Positions 46,401 through 62,100 are shown, counted from the stretch's first letter. The stretch is DNA of 64,000 nucleotides from Octopus vulgaris (GCA_951406725.2 OX597830.1:22072001-22136000), one strand, 5' to 3'. Notes: a model not told the origin generated them from the sequence alone. Made by a program: numbers and translations.

Positions 46401-46872
46401 TCTCCATATATTACATTCTATGTAGTCTCTTTTCACTTCTTTATTACATTCTGTGGTTGCTCTTCTTCCTCTCTCCCCCACTTTAGTAAATACAATGTAT
46501 CTGGGCTCCTTTCCCTCCTCTTTCATTAATATATAACAACTGTGGAAATGTGTGTGTGTGTCAGGAATAACAGTATAAAATATAGCAACAAATTTGAAGG
46601 AAATAAATATATTAAGACAGTAATGTAAGAGGGAGTAGAGTGGAGATAGGGAGAAGACAATGTGTGTGTGTGTGTGTGCATGCATTAAAATATGGAAGGA
46701 CAGAAATATGATTGGATGTCCAACAACCAAGCACTACGTGACAAATGGAATGCAGGATGTGGATGATATATTGGCTGGAGGGCAAGGTTTTATTATCTGT
46801 CTCAGAGACCTTCTGCACCTCTAAAATCAAACACCTCACCATGACTTCACACTTTAGTCCTCAGTTTGGATT

Positions 46873-47222
46873 TCACATAGATCCCATAATACTGTAAGCA
46901 TCAAAACGAGGTTCTTGCATACGTCCACTCGTATTACTACCACTACCACCTCCACCACCACGTGTAACCATCATGATCCCACTATGTGACTGAGAGTTGC
47001 CAAATGTGTTACCAGATCCCAAGTTCTGCCCCATCCCACCACTATTACCGGGTCTGCTATTGTCTACAAATGCCCCACTGGCATCACGCCCCGTTTTCTC
47101 CATGGGGTCACCAAGCCATGGTTCACTGGGTTGGTCCATGTCTCCATGCATGTGGGACCAGTTGTCCACTTTCCTATCTACACTGCCAGAACCCCAAGAA
47201 GATCTCTGGTCTGGTCCACCAC
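46873..47222 (-). CDS. SAFB: SAFB-B last coding exon, G-rich tail ending [12 protein letters not shown]
   Basis: ctttcag acceptor; ORF 46873-47169. Confidence 0.9.
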
Positions 47223-50200
47223 CTGAAAGGAAGAAGGCAGAAAATGCACTAATGAATACACGAATATGAAAAATAAAGACTGAAAGGAATTAATGTCAAA
47301 ATAAAATGAAGAGAATATTGATGAAAAGAAAAGACAAGAGATATGGAGAAGACTAGGGCTTAACTCTTTAGCATTCAGATTACTCTGTTGAAAGTAATGC
47401 TTTTTCATTCACATTGTTTTGAATTAGTCATGCATTATCTTGTAGCTTCAAGATTTTGATGAAGTGATTGTTTATTTTGAGAATAACAGGGGAAGTGTGG
47501 GAGGCCAGATCTAGTTGAACATAAGACAAGTAAAATATCTGGGCCCAATATCAGTGGTTTAAGTGCTACAGAGTTAAAAGAAAGAAATAGAGAAGGACAG
47601 CTACAGAATGCTTTAAGAAGTGGGTGAAATTTTACTTGAGAGAGAGAGAGAGATGATCAAAAGAAGTGAGTGGAAGCTTACCAAAAGAATTTCTCACCCT
47701 GCCCAATCTATTGTGAGCTGATATACTTCGTCGGTCATTATCACGTCCTCGATCGGAACCAACATATCTTTTATCAGGCTCTCCACTTGGTCCCATATCT
47801 CTTCTTAATTCAAAGGGCATCCTGGATGTGGAGGTAAACCAGATACAAAATTAACAAATTACTTTATGAGTGTTTAGCAACATACTGTACAAGGGACAAT
47901 GTACACAACCTGAGCAATTGATCAACTTTCACCTATACAGAACCTTGTTCACATCAACACTGACCCATGTGGAGACTGGCATACACACCAACATTAACCT
48001 CTAACAGAGATTGGTGTATACACCAAAACTAACCAGCATGGAGGCTAATGTGTGCATAAACTTTGACTGATATGAAGGATAAGGTTTGTAACAATAGCCA
48101 GACACCAGCTAGCGTGTAGAACAATAGTGATCAGTAGAAAGATACAAAATCAAAACAAAAAAGTCAGGTTTAAAAATACAAATTACCGGTTGAGCTTTTC
48201 ATCTGTTCGAGAACGGTCTTCAGTTCGTCTTTCATCTCTGACTCGAATATCTCGGAAAGGACCCATTTCCCTTCGCATCATTTCTCTTTCTTTACGTTCA
48301 TCATAGCGACTTCCACCTTCCAAAGATCTACTGTCTCTTCTACCATAATCAGTGTTCTCATATTCATTATAGCTGAAAGAGAAAAAGAAAGATGAAATTA
48401 AATAAGTATCCAATATACAACAAGATATGACAACTATTATGTTGATGCTTACTGAGTCAGAAACAAATGTCTAGAGCTGTCCTCTTGCTTGCAGAGAAAG
48501 CAGACTGCCTTTTCCTTAATGGTATAACAATTTCAGAGAAAGGCAGTGAGCTGGCAGAATCATTAGCACGACGGGCGAAATGCTTAGTGGTATTTCGTCT
48601 GCCACTACGTTCAAATTCTGCCAAGGTCGACTTTGCCTTTCATCCTTTTGGGGTCGATTAAATAAGTACCAGTTACGCACTGGGGTCGATATAATAGACT
48701 TAATCCGTTTGTCTGTCCTTGTTTGTCCTCTCTGTGTTTAGCCCCTTGTGGGTAGTAAAGAAATAGGTATAACAATTTCAGAGAACTCTTGGTTCTTGAG
48801 ATTGTATCTCTTCATTCAGAATCAGTAGCAATTACCAGCAGGTCTTGGTTTACCTTCTCCCAAAGCAACAACAGAATTGATTTTGTATAGTATTTAGAAT
48901 ACCTTTGTTCACTTTGTTGTCAAAATAGAAGCTACTGACCGAGTTAAGACACACACCTTACATTTACAAACAGGATTATATACCTTAAATATAATTTAAC
49001 CTCTCGTCACTTCGCATACAGTTGCCTCCTTCTTTACTGTGGTCCCGCTCAGTTGAATGAAAAAAAGCACTTAGTTCAAAGAAACCATGCTAAAACAGAT
49101 ACTGGAGCATGATGCAGTCCTCCATTCCATCAGGTCCTGTCAAATCATCCATGTCAGTGAGGAATACCAGAGCCACTTTCAGAGCTGTCCTGAGGCTGTG
49201 GTGGAGGATGAGAGAAGCCACTCTAGCTGAAGAATTATCTTGCAGATATAATCTAGTTGGTATTTTTTGATTTTTTAAAAATACTTTTATTTTTCAATGG
49301 GACAGTGTTTTCTTTCCTTTTACTGTTAAACTGTTAAATTTAGCCTCAATAATCTCTAAGCATACACATATAAAACAGGCCAAAGATATTGTGAAATGCA
49401 AATGAAACTTTAATTTAAAACACTAGCCAGGTAATAAGGAATCAATGACAACATATCAACTTCACCACTCACAACTTACCGTGACTCATTCTGGAATGGA
49501 AGTTCAAATCTAGAGTGGTTGCCAGAACCGATCATCCTGGATCGTTTAGGTTCGTCCCAGAGTTCATCACGAAGACGGTTTCGATCATGAGGTCTTTTTG
49601 CAGGATGTCTCATTTCATTTAACCTGATATTAAACAAAAAAAAACAGCAAAATCAAGTAAAGAACAGCTGTATTGAATGACAAGCAGCTAAAGGATAAGA
49701 TAAAGATAGTAAACAACCTTAACTTTCAACAATCAACCACCAGGACACCAGTTTCAATAACAAGGTTGCCTTTATGCAGTCCTCAAACACCAGAACCAGC
49801 ATGCAAAATGTCCTCAAATTATCCCCAACTGTCTTGAGAGAAAAACAAAATGTTGGATGCACTGGCTAATGTAGTCCAACTTTATGTCTGAGAGAAGAAA
49901 AACAAAGCTCGAACACCTGAGCTGACTTAGGGCTAAACAAACCCACCACCAATGAGCTGATATCTACATAACAAAAATAAGGCAATAAACAGCCCCAAAA
50001 TCAAGATTATGCGATGACATACCAAAACAGATAATGGACTTAATTTATTGCTACTAAGTAGCTAAAGACCATCACAGTAAATAATTTCATGTCAATATAT
50101 AAAATTGCTTTGTAGACCTGCTGTTGTCATTCATTGTGTCAATACTGATCTACAACGTAAAGTACTCATTTCAGTCATGAGCAGTGGAATATGGCGATTT

Positions 50201-53000
50201 GGCTGTTATTGCTAGCAGATCAAGCTGCTACAACACATACATGCTTCCACAAAGTGGTTTTGTTGCTGTTTTTTTTTTATTAATGTGACTGCCACCTAAA
50301 AAGCACCTGTGCTAGAGCCACATGTGAAGCATCCATGTTGTTGCTCCGTAAAAAGCACCCGGTACATTCTGTAAAGTGGTTGCATTAGGAAAGGCATCCA
50401 GTCATAGATACTATGCCAAAACAGACAAATGGACACTAGTGCAGCTCTCTGACTGGCCAGTTCCTGTGAAACCGTCCAACCCATGCCAGCAGGGAAACGG
50501 ACATTATGTGATGATGATGATGAATGGTTGTGTTTAGGCCAATGGATAAGTTAAGTCAGATGTGATGTGAACACCACTGGTTCATTGTCTTGTTTCCTCT
50601 ATCATGAGATCAACAGATCAGCATTACAACATCTTTACATACACAAGAATCCCATTTGAGATTACTTTCCACAATTAGGAAAAGTCCTACATCCTAATCC
50701 CCAATCCAACAAACAAAACAAACATGAAATTATCCAAGGGTAAATAAAATATAATTCAATCAAATAGGTTGTATCAAAGACACCAAGAAAAAAAAAGCAA
50801 TAAGTTTATCATAAGTATTTAGAAACTTTGAGAGGATGTGAAATAATTCATTCTTATCTGTAGAGCTCGAAGAAGATGAAGCTACAAAATAATGACATGT
50901 AAATATTGGGTTCAAAACGTTTTGGGATAGAAAAAGTCAAAGGCTGCCTGTCGGACAATGGTAGAATATCTGTCAAATTTACAGATGTAGGTTCATGCTC
51001 AAGAGCAGCCTTTTGGCGTTTCCTGTCCAAAAGGGTTCTTAACCCAATATTTACATTATGTTATTTATGGTTTCGTCTACTTTAAGTTCTACCGATAAAA
51101 AATAATCATTAAGTTCACAGCATAAGAGTAACAACATAACTTATCTCACTTACCGCATCTCTACATCACGCCTTTCCATTTCAAGAAGTTCTTTTTCCAT
51201 TCTGTATCTTAATAGCTTCTCTTTCTCCAGCTTCATTTTCTCCAGTTTCATTCTCTCTAACCTGAAAAATGTGAAAGAACATAAAGATAACATTAAGAAT
51301 TTAAACAGAAAATAAAAATGAAAATGACAATCCTTGTATGTACCCTGACATGTTACTCTGCCAGAATATCCAAGAAACGTTCTTTTGAAACTAGAGGAAA
51401 TTAAGTATTTGTCACCTTTAAAAACACATTTCGCCCCTAGGAAAAGGGAAGTGAGTCAAGTAGATAAAATAATAGATAGAGCATCAGTCTGCTAAACAAC
51501 AAACTATCATCACTGTGAGATGGACAAAGAGACTTCAGCCTTAAATAAAGATTCACCCAACACTTAATAAGTACCATGTGGAGCTATCATTTTCAAACAC
51601 AAAATACATAAATAATATAGTACTACAGATAACCTCTCCACAAAAAAGGGGGAACGGTTAAACTTATAAGGTCTTTGATCATAGGCCTGAATGATAACAA
51701 TACAAAGAAAAGTTCACTACAAGAACAGAGAAACTGTCTAATAATCATCTCTTGAAAGGGTATCGAGAAAAACTGCTCCAAATATGTCAGCTTCTCTTTA
51801 TCTCGAAACATAGGCTAAAATTTACAATGGTATCCCACCCAACCCAGTGGATTATTAAATCTTAAGAAAAAATTATCAAGAGATAATACAATTTAAACAT
51901 CATCATCATCATTTAGCGTCCGCTTTCCATGCTAGCATGGGTTGGACAGTTCAACTAGGGGTCTGGGAGGCCAGAAGGCTGCACCAGGCCCAGTTTGATC
52001 TGGCAATGTTTCTATGGCTGGATGCCCTTCCTAACGCCAACCACTCCGTGAGTGTAGTGGGTGCTTTTTATGTGCCAGACGGGGCTGGTAAACGGCCATA
52101 GTCGGATGGTGCTTTTTACGTGCCTCCGACATGGGGGCCAGGCGAGGCTGGCAACGGCCACGTTCGGATGGTTTGCTTACGTGCCACCAGCACTGGTATC
52201 ACAGCTACAATTTCCATTGATGTTGATCGATTTTGATTTTGATTCTGATTCTCACTTGCCTCAACAGAGAATATAAAATTTTGAACCCAATATTTACACG
52301 TTACTTATATTATAAATAGTTAAAAAGAGAAACCACTTAATATATCTTACATGCTCTAATCTTTACTTTTTTTCTTTCTTTTACCATTCATTTAAAATGT
52401 CTTAGCCCTGCTTTTGTGAAAATTTCCAAATTCTTCATAAATCACAATTACTATCTAAAAGATCTTTAAAATGGTTTTGTGGCTTATAAAAGGAAGAGCA
52501 GTACCCAAGGTATATTTTTTCAGCGTCCCCAAGACTGATTAGAAGAAGGGAAGAAGCTATCCTTAGATTAGAGACCTGGACTGAAAGCTTGAAAAAGTGT
52601 GTACTCTGCAAAGGGCATCCAAGGATCAGATGTGCTCTTAAAGAGAACAACACAATAATAGTACCAGCAAAAACAGGGATGGTCCCACCTCAGACAGCTT
52701 TAAACATAGTTTCTGGCTAAATTACGTTATGAGTACTATAGTTGTCAAAAACAATGCACATGTATTTGTTTATGTTTCTGAAGAAGATTGTCGCTTTCCG
52801 TAAAAATTAAAAATTTTTTTTCATATATGTGGGGTGGGGAGAAGAGGATCATTTGAAGTTGGCATAAAAGCAAAAGAGACAGAGAGAGCAAGATTGGATC
52901 GGGGAAGTTCTTTTGAAGTTGGCATGCCGTGTGTTTGTGTGTGTGTGTATGTGAGAGAGAGAGAGAGAGGTTCTCTATGTATGTATGAATGGCTTCAGTG

Positions 53001-53031
<31 letters not shown>

Positions 53032-53075
53032 GATATATATGTATCTATATATATATATGCATAAATGGATGTATC

Positions 53076-53125
<50 letters not shown>

Positions 53126-56100
53126 TAAATGTGCCATGATAGATCACTAGCCACTACACATTCTTTATTTTCTTTTCTCTCCTTGTTCCTTTCTGTGGAA
53201 GAGCGTAGTCACTGAAGCCATTCATACATACATACATAACCTCTCTCACATACACACACACCTGCAACATTACTCTGTGTCTCTTCACACACACTAACAA
53301 AAGAACTTCACATACAAACCACACTTTCTGTCTCACACACCCCATCAAACACACACACACATACAGCATGCCAACTTGAAAAGAACTTCCCTGATCCAAT
53401 TGCGCTCTCTCAGTCCCTTGCTTTCATGCCGACATCAAAAGATCCCCTTTCCCCTCACCCCACATATGTAAAAAAATAAAAAGTGACAATCTTCTTCAGA
53501 AACAAGCAAATACACGTGCTTTAAAAAGTCACAAACACAGTTCTCATATCAAAAGATCGCCTAGTTTCCACTTATGAAAGCATTGGTCAACCCAAGACTA
53601 TGTCAGAAAACACCCATCCAAAATGATTCACAATGACACTGAATTTGATATTATGGAGGTGTGAAGGAAACTTCTTACCCACACAATCATGCAGTTCTGT
53701 CTTAAGCAGTTTCAATGTGAATGCACTTTTAACAAACCTTATCTTCTCTCTAACACTGTCCAATCTTATGGCCTCCTTCTTCAGTTTCTGTAACAGTAAC
53801 AACATAATCTGTCTCACTTACCGTAACATCTCAGCTGAATGCATCTCTACATCACGCCTTTTTATTTCAAGAAGTTCTTTTTCCATTTTGTATCTTAACA
53901 GTTTCTCTTTTTCCAGTTTCATTTTTTCCAATTTCATTTTCTCTAATCTGAAAAGTGCGAAAGAATATAAAGACAACAGAGAATTTCAACAGAAAATAAA
54001 AAAGAAATATCCCTGCCTACACACACCAACTTGACACCTGTTACTCTGCAAGAATACCCAAGAGACATTCTTCTGAATGTAGGGGAAATTACGTATTTAT
54101 CCAAATGTCACTTCATGGACCTTAAATATTAGGAAGGGCAGATGTAGTTGAGTAATCTATACAGAAACCACAAAGGTAAGCAGAAGAAAGCAAAGTCAGG
54201 TGGACAAAATAATAAAAGCATCAGGCTGCTAAACAATAGGCTAACATCACTGTAAGCTGGACAAAGACATTTTAGTCGTAAACATTTATGAATCACTTAA
54301 TAAGTACCATGTGCAGCTATCATATAACATCCTCTCATTTTAAAACACAAAATACATAGATAATATAGTCCTATAGATAACAAAGAAATTGGAGGGGGGA
54401 GTTACAGTTGTAAGGCCTTTGATCACAGGCCTGCAAGATAGCTAAACAACAACTCAAAAGTAAGGTTACTAAGGGGGAACTGTTTGTCTGACAATCATTT
54501 CTTTAACTTTCACTGCTATGTTCAATTCTTCCTTTGGTTTTGAAAGGGTATTGAGGAAAGCTACTCCAAATATTTCAGCCTCTCTTTATCCCAAAATTAC
54601 AATGGTGTCCAACTAATCCATTGGGTTATCAGATCTTAAAACTAAAGATATCAAGCAATTTGAACAAAGAGTATAAATATATCACTGAATTCATCTTATT
54701 TATTGTGATCTTTAATTTCCTTCTCATATATTCATTAACATTTTTACCATTCATTTCTGTCCACTTTGCCGGGTGGTTAGTGTTAGGAAGGGCATCCAGC
54801 TGTAAAATATGTGCCAAAACAGACACAAACATCTGGTGCAGGCTCCTACCTGGCCATCCAATCTATGCTAGTGTGAAAGGCAGATGTTAAGTAATGATGA
54901 TGATGATAATGATAATTTAATGACTTTGCTCTCTTTTTGCTAAAATTTCCAAATTCCTCCTAATCCACAATTACTATGTAAAAAACTATTCAAAACATAA
55001 AAATACTTAAGTTTTTAAAATATAGCAATATTTAAAGAGTTTTCTCAGTGTTGCCAAGACCAATTTGAAGAAAGGAAGAAGTTATCCTCAGATTAGAGAC
55101 CAGGCCTGAATGTTTGATAAAGCGTGTACTCTGTTAAAGGCACCTAAGGATCAGATGTAGTCTTAAACAAGACAACAAAATAATTCTACCACCAAAAATA
55201 GGATTGAGCCTTCAGACAGCTTTTAACATAGTTTCCATCTATGAAAGCATTGGCTAACCTAAGACTATGGAAGGAAATACCTGTCCAATATGATGCAGAA
55301 TGACCCTGAATTTGGTATCATGGAGGTGTGAAGTAAACTTCTTTCTCACAAAATCATGCTGTTCTGCCTTAAACAGTTTAAATGTGAATGCACTTTTAAC
55401 AAACCTTATGTTCTCTCTAACTTTTCCCAATCTTTTCGCCTCCTCCTTCTGTTTCCATACCACATCCTGCTGACGCATACGAGCCAGGCCAAGATTTTTC
55501 AACCGACGCTTATCCTGTACCCTACGATTTTTTTGTCTCTGACGTGAACGCTGTCTTTCTCTTTCCTTTGTCAAGAAATTTGGTTGGGATTTTTTTTTTT
55601 CATGAATGGAATGTGAAAAGAGAATAATTATTAGCAAAGAATAAAACAAACATAAAATCAACAAAGAAAACATCTTAAAAGTAAATGACCATACAAAATA
55701 AGACTTGATATGATACAAAGAGTCAGTGACATATAATATGGCAAATAGAAAAACCACAATAATTTAATACAAACATCTCAGATTTTAGCAGTTCTGAATA
55801 GCACTAAAAGCTGCTACACTGACATCATAATACCCTTATATCCTGATATAAAAAGGAAAATCTCTCATTTTACATAATTTTTCCCCACAAGATTAGGAGC
55901 TACATTTCCCTCCTCTTGCTAAGCATTCAACCATGAAGTAAATTCGAATAAATTTTATCAGTTGAGCAAACTTGAGTAAGTACAATTATATAATTTATTA
56001 CACCAAATAGGACACAATATTACAGATGTAGAAAGATTTGAACTTCTACTCTTGTTGCCAGTAGTCCAGTGTCTTACACCCACAGTCACAGTGCCTCTAT

Positions 56101-59100
56101 TCTAATGAAATAATTGACCTTCTTCCACCTAATCTGATTTGAAATTTCTTTACATATTCTATACTGCAACAGCCACCACAATTACTATCACAACTATTGT
56201 GACTATTGCAGAGTCACATCTGAATCAATCAGCATAATTTAAACAAATTCTTTAGGTTACATCTCAGGCGTGCTACACACTAAGACCTTCACTGGAAGAC
56301 AATGCATTTCAAAGCTAACACACCAGTTATGACCAGTTTTAAGGCAGGGGAGCTCTATCTCAAGATTTCAAGATGATATCAGGGATAATACACTCTAAAT
56401 TTAGGATCAAGTAAGGGTATTAGCCACTCTAGTTTCAAGGTGAAATTATTTATCTTATTCTATTTCAACTACATACTTTAGCCACATTAAAAACACATAC
56501 ATAAAATCGTACTTACTTTTATTTCATCAAATGATAAAATCTCTTTCTTGACAGAAGGGTCACCAGGCCCTCGTGGTTTAGGCTTTGTTGTACTGGGAGC
56601 TTTCTCTTTGGAGCCTGCTGCTGCTGCAGGCTCTGCACTTTTCTCAGAGCCTTCTTTTGTAGCTGGTTCAGCTGTACTCTTATTTGGTGTAGTTGCATGA
56701 GATTTATCTGAAACAGTGAATCAGTTATCACCATCATTTAATGTCCATATTCTTCCTGTAGCCAATTCTCACCCATTTTCAAGCAAGGTGATATTTCCCA
56801 TGACCACACAAATTTTTCAGAGATAACTTAAAACCAACAAATTAATCTGTCTGATGGCAATGCTTCTTTACAACCATCCTGTGACATCAAGACAATGGTA
56901 TAACATACACATGTAAATACATACACTTCTTTCAGTTTCCATCTACCAAATCCACTCACAAGGCTTAGGGCATCTCAGGGCTAAAGTAGAAGACACTAGC
57001 CCAAGGTACCATGCATAATTACAAAGCCACACTGGCAACGAAAATCCACCAATAACTGTATTTCTATAAATCTTGCCATTCTAAACCAGCACAAATCTGG
57101 AATTAATTCCAGTACCATATTCTCTTCAGAACAAGGTACTCTTGTACAAAGACAAAACACACACACACACGCGACTTTTAGTAAAATTGACCTGAGCTTT
57201 TGTATAACAACAAAACACACACAAACACATGCGACCTTTAGTAAGACTGACCTGAGCTTTTGTGACGACTTCTGCTGCTCCTGCTCGTATGTCTTTTGTC
57301 ATCTCTTCTGCTGGACGTTCTCCTGCTTTTATCATCTTTCTTTGATTCTCTCTTCTCAACTTTCTTATCACCATCTTTTTTTTCTGCAAACAGCACAAAC
57401 ACACATAGAAACACTACCACAATCTGGAGACTTCAAGGCAATATAGAGTTGCCTATAAGTGTCAACTAATCATCATCACAGTTTTTAATGTCCACTTTTT
57501 CCATGATTGCATGGAGAACAGGAAATTAGTTGAGGCAGATTTTGCTATGGACAGATGCACTTCCTATCATGAACCCTCATCTGGTTCCAAGTACAATAAT
57601 ATACTCTAATGACCAGGCATGTTTTCATGGAAGATTGGAAACACAGCAAACTGTTTACATCATAGCAACAATTCTTTACAGCTATCACAAAAAGTCAAGG
57701 CAAGGAGACAGCAACATACACACAGGCACACCCAAACACACGGATATGTCTATATGTGTACAACAGACTTCTTTCAGTTTTTGCCTACCAAATCCAATTA
57801 TGGGGCTAAGGTCAGCCTGGAACTATAGTAGGAAACACTCGCCTAAGGTACCACACAGTGGGACTGAAGCTAAAGCCGTGTGGTTAGGAAGCAAACTTCT
57901 TACCACACAGTCACACCTGATATTTATGATTCTTTGAATACTATTACTACTGTTAAGTAATTGTGAAATGCCAATGGTTTTATTAAACTAATTACTTTGT
58001 TAGTAACATGAAACACTAAGTTCAGCTAACTTCAATGCAAATGACCCGTAGAGTCTCTGCATTGGAATTCTAGAGCCAAATTCTGTTTAGGGTACAAATA
58101 TGAAACACTGGAAGAAGTCATACCATCTTTCTTCACTTCAGGCTTTTCTACTTTTTTTTCTCCTGATTTTGTTACTGGTGCTTTAGTGTTAGGTTCTCTT
58201 CTAGCCTAAAAAAAACAGGAAATATTACTTATGACACCTTTATTAACGATGTATTTGTACTACCTTCAAACACGTACATACATTCAACAGTTTATCATCA
58301 TACATCTCTCTACCAATAGATTATTACTGATATCATTGCACGTTATACATTCACACACACATCATAACCATGACCATCATCAGTCTAGCAGTTAAGATAT
58401 TCAGGTTGGAGAAGAAAGCAGTGAAACTTCTTTACATCATACATAGCAGGGATAATACAATCCATAAGCTTAAATGGGAGTTCAAGGGCTTGAGATAGCT
58501 CAAAAAGGCAAGAGGGGAGGAAACGAGACCTCTCAGTAAAAGTTCATGGCCCTTAGAGCTGAATAGCAAAGGAGACAATGGACAAGGAAGCAAGCTACTT
58601 TTCAAGCAAACACATGTGGGTTTACAAAATAGTTGCTGGGGCAAGGGTCAAATCACTTGCTCCAGAAGCACGATCGAGTCATATGAGAGTTACTTTAAGA
58701 AGTAAGTTCAGGGACCATGACATAAGCCACTTAAAGCCCTTGAGCAATCCATCTTCACCAGCTCTGGAATTTGACAACAAAGGACCAAGTTAGAAAGAGG
58801 TCTAGGAAATGGTTAAGAAGGTAAAGGGCAGGTTAAGCCCCAGAAGATGATCAATACCTTCCAAAGAATTCAGTAAAGCCCTGAAGGTAATATGGAAGAA
58901 GATTGGGGTAGCTCATCAGTGGTAGTGTGAAGAAGGGGTGTTGAAAGGACGTTATTCTTCTGCACTGTTGCTAGTCACCTGTCAAATTACTTCCACTGGA
59001 ACTTCTATGCGGATACTTCAGTTCTTAAAAGACATCAGTGTGTCTGGAGCATTCCAGTATGGTTAATTAGTTGATCAGAGAAACCTTCAACAACAAGAGA

Positions 59101-62100
59101 CCTGGTAGTATTGTGGCTGGACCTTACAAATGTCTATGGGTTTTTACTCTATAAGATGATTGAAGAGGCTTTATACAGGCACCATGTTCTACACAAATTA
59201 AAAGACATCATTCTGAATTACTGCCACAACAGCTTTAGTCTCTGTCAGCTTTACAATATCAGAGTGGCACAAACACAACAAGTGTACTGTAACTAAAAAT
59301 ACCATTTCAGTGATCCTTAACACACATGCTATGAAAATACTAAGCTGGTTGATGTATAGTGTACAGGACTGCTCACCAACACTGGTGTCTAATAGGTTCC
59401 CATTAAGGACATACTGACTATGAAACAAAATTTGTCATGAAATACCAGGAGGATCCTGAAGGGCTTTGATGAACTGATGGCCTGGGTTTGCGAGTTGAAC
59501 AACAGATATTTTTCTCAATAACTGACCATAATTGATGATCTCACCCTTACTCTAAAGATGACCGATATCTATTTCAAATGCTGAGCATGTTTCTAACAGC
59601 TGACAATGAAATGCTGATAACATTTAATTCAGTAGCTGATAATTGGGATTGTAAGCAAAATAATGAACTTTGGATAACTCACCCTTTCAACTGATATCAT
59701 ACGGCCATGCAGTTCAGTCTGATTCAAATGTTGAATACATTTAGAAGCTTCATGTGAAGAAGACATAGTTACAAAACCATAACATCGAGCACCAGGGCTT
59801 CGTGCATTTGTCACTACTTTGGCACCAACAACCTGATGTAGACAAAAACAAAAACTAAATTAAATTTTAAACACAAAAATTTACATGGGTAATTATTCAG
59901 CCCAATACTCATCAATATTACCAATACTAATAAATTATTTCTGAAAATAGGTGCAGGAGTGGCTGTGTGGTAAGTAGCTTGCTTACCAACCACATGGTTC
60001 AGGGTTCAGTCCCACTGCATGGCACCTTGGGCAAGTGTCTTCTACTACAGCCTCGGGCCGACCAAAGCCTTGTGAGTGGATCTGGTAGACGGAAACTGAA
60101 AGAAGCCCGTCGTATATATGTATGTGTATGTATATGTTTGTGTGTCCGTCCCCCACCAATATCGCTTGACAACTGATGCTGGTGTGTTTACATCCCTGTA
60201 AGTTAGCGGTTCAGCAAAAGAGACCGATAGAATAAGTACTAGGCTTACAAAGAATAAGTCCTGGGGCCAATTTGACCGACTGAAGGCAGTGCTCCAGCAT
60301 GGCCACAGTCAAAATGACTGAAACACGTAAAAGAGTAAAAGAGAATGATATTGCAGATTAAAAGTAGTAAATGTTTTATATAGAGTTTAAGTAAAACTCT
60401 TTACATAAAGGATTTTTAAAAATTAGTTTGGTCAGTGTGCATGGTCCCTTCCAAATTCTCTAAGACCATGAAAATCTATCAGTGATATTCTGCTTGAATA
60501 GTTGCAAATGTCATCTGCCAGAAAAGGATTCTAGAAAGCTAACATTCTGGGAAAAAGAACTAAGAACAGGGGGTTATTATAGGCTTTAAAGTAGAGTGTA
60601 CACACAATGTCACTAACAAAATAAAAGAGAATCAAGCATCACAAAGTGGGGGTGGCACAGGACAAGCCAGTTCCAAGGAACAGACTCCAATGCAGAAGGC
60701 ATAGATAAGGGAAGAGAGAAAAGACAGCAGGTCCGTCAACTGGAAGCCTGAGTATGTTGACAAAAGTCTTTATACCATTCAGTTGAGTGCCATTTCACTT
60801 GGATGTGGTTTATGAATAGCAACAGCACTGACACAGATGTGAGAGGAGTACACTAAAGAATGTTTCACCTGAGCTATGTAGAAGGCTAACAGCTGAAGTA
60901 TTTCCTGGTCCTAAAGAAGACAGAATTTGTGATTAAGTCCTTGCTCTTTTGAGGATATGGATTTACCAAGAGAGATCCTTAGCCAGAGCAAGGCCTAATA
61001 TTTGGAAGGAACACTCTACAGTCCAGTTGCTGCATGTGCTTCATATTCAGAAACCAGAGTGGAAGTGGAGAGTGTCTGTTGAACGTGTCAAAACTGACAC
61101 ACCTTTGTTGAAGAATGTTTCCAAGAAGTCAGGGCAGGTTTGGCATATGGTGAATGTGGATGACATTTGGAGTAAATGATCAGGGATGATTGAAAAGTAT
61201 CATCTACGTAAGGGTGGTGGGTATTGTTGGAGGTGACTGAAAAAAGGTCATTGATGTATAGACAGAGGGCAAAACTGAACCATGAAGCAAACCAGAAGTT
61301 AATGGAATGTAAGTCTGAGAGAGCTATAGACATGTACATACTGAAGCTCTAGTCACCTTGACAGGAAGCCTCCAATCCAAGAACCCACAGGCAGTTAGAT
61401 TTACTCAGAGATTTAGGGCACATAAATCACAGTTAAATGCTTTGCAACATTGTTTTCTTCAAGTATTTTTCCAAGAATAAAAGCTTACCAACCTACTGAT
61501 GAGTGAAGAAGAACATGTCTCCAGTAGATTGGCTTTATATAAGCAGTAGTGGAGGTCATCAAGGGGAGAGATGGATTCTGAGTGTTAGAGAAGGTTATTT
61601 ATGACTATCATCTCTGACAAATTGAAAGTGAGTGCAATAAGATGATAGTTGGAGTAATTTCCGGCAACTGGGACATATTGTAACAAGAATCCAAAGATAG
61701 GGATATGTGGAGTCAAATTGAAGAGTTTGGTGAGGATAGGGTTAGCTACAGATTCATGGCTAAAGGCATTATTGTTTTGAGGTGATTGGGAGAGATTTTG
61801 CATTTAGCATGTATGTGGTGGAGGAGGGAAAAACACAAGTTTTGAGAGATTTACTTAGGGTATGCAATGCAGAGATGGATACAAAGTAAACAATCCCTGT
61901 AGAGGCTTCCTGCTCAAGTGTATTGGTTGCGGAACCAGAGAAGTGGAAGGGAGAAGGATTTTGCAAAGATGACTCAAATCAGTTTTGAAAACAAACAAGA
62001 TCAGAAGTTGCTTTTGGAAATGAGAAAGCTTACCAGTTGTACCATACATGGCAGAATCCTTTGCATTTCAGATAGTTTTGCAGATTTTATGTTACATGAA

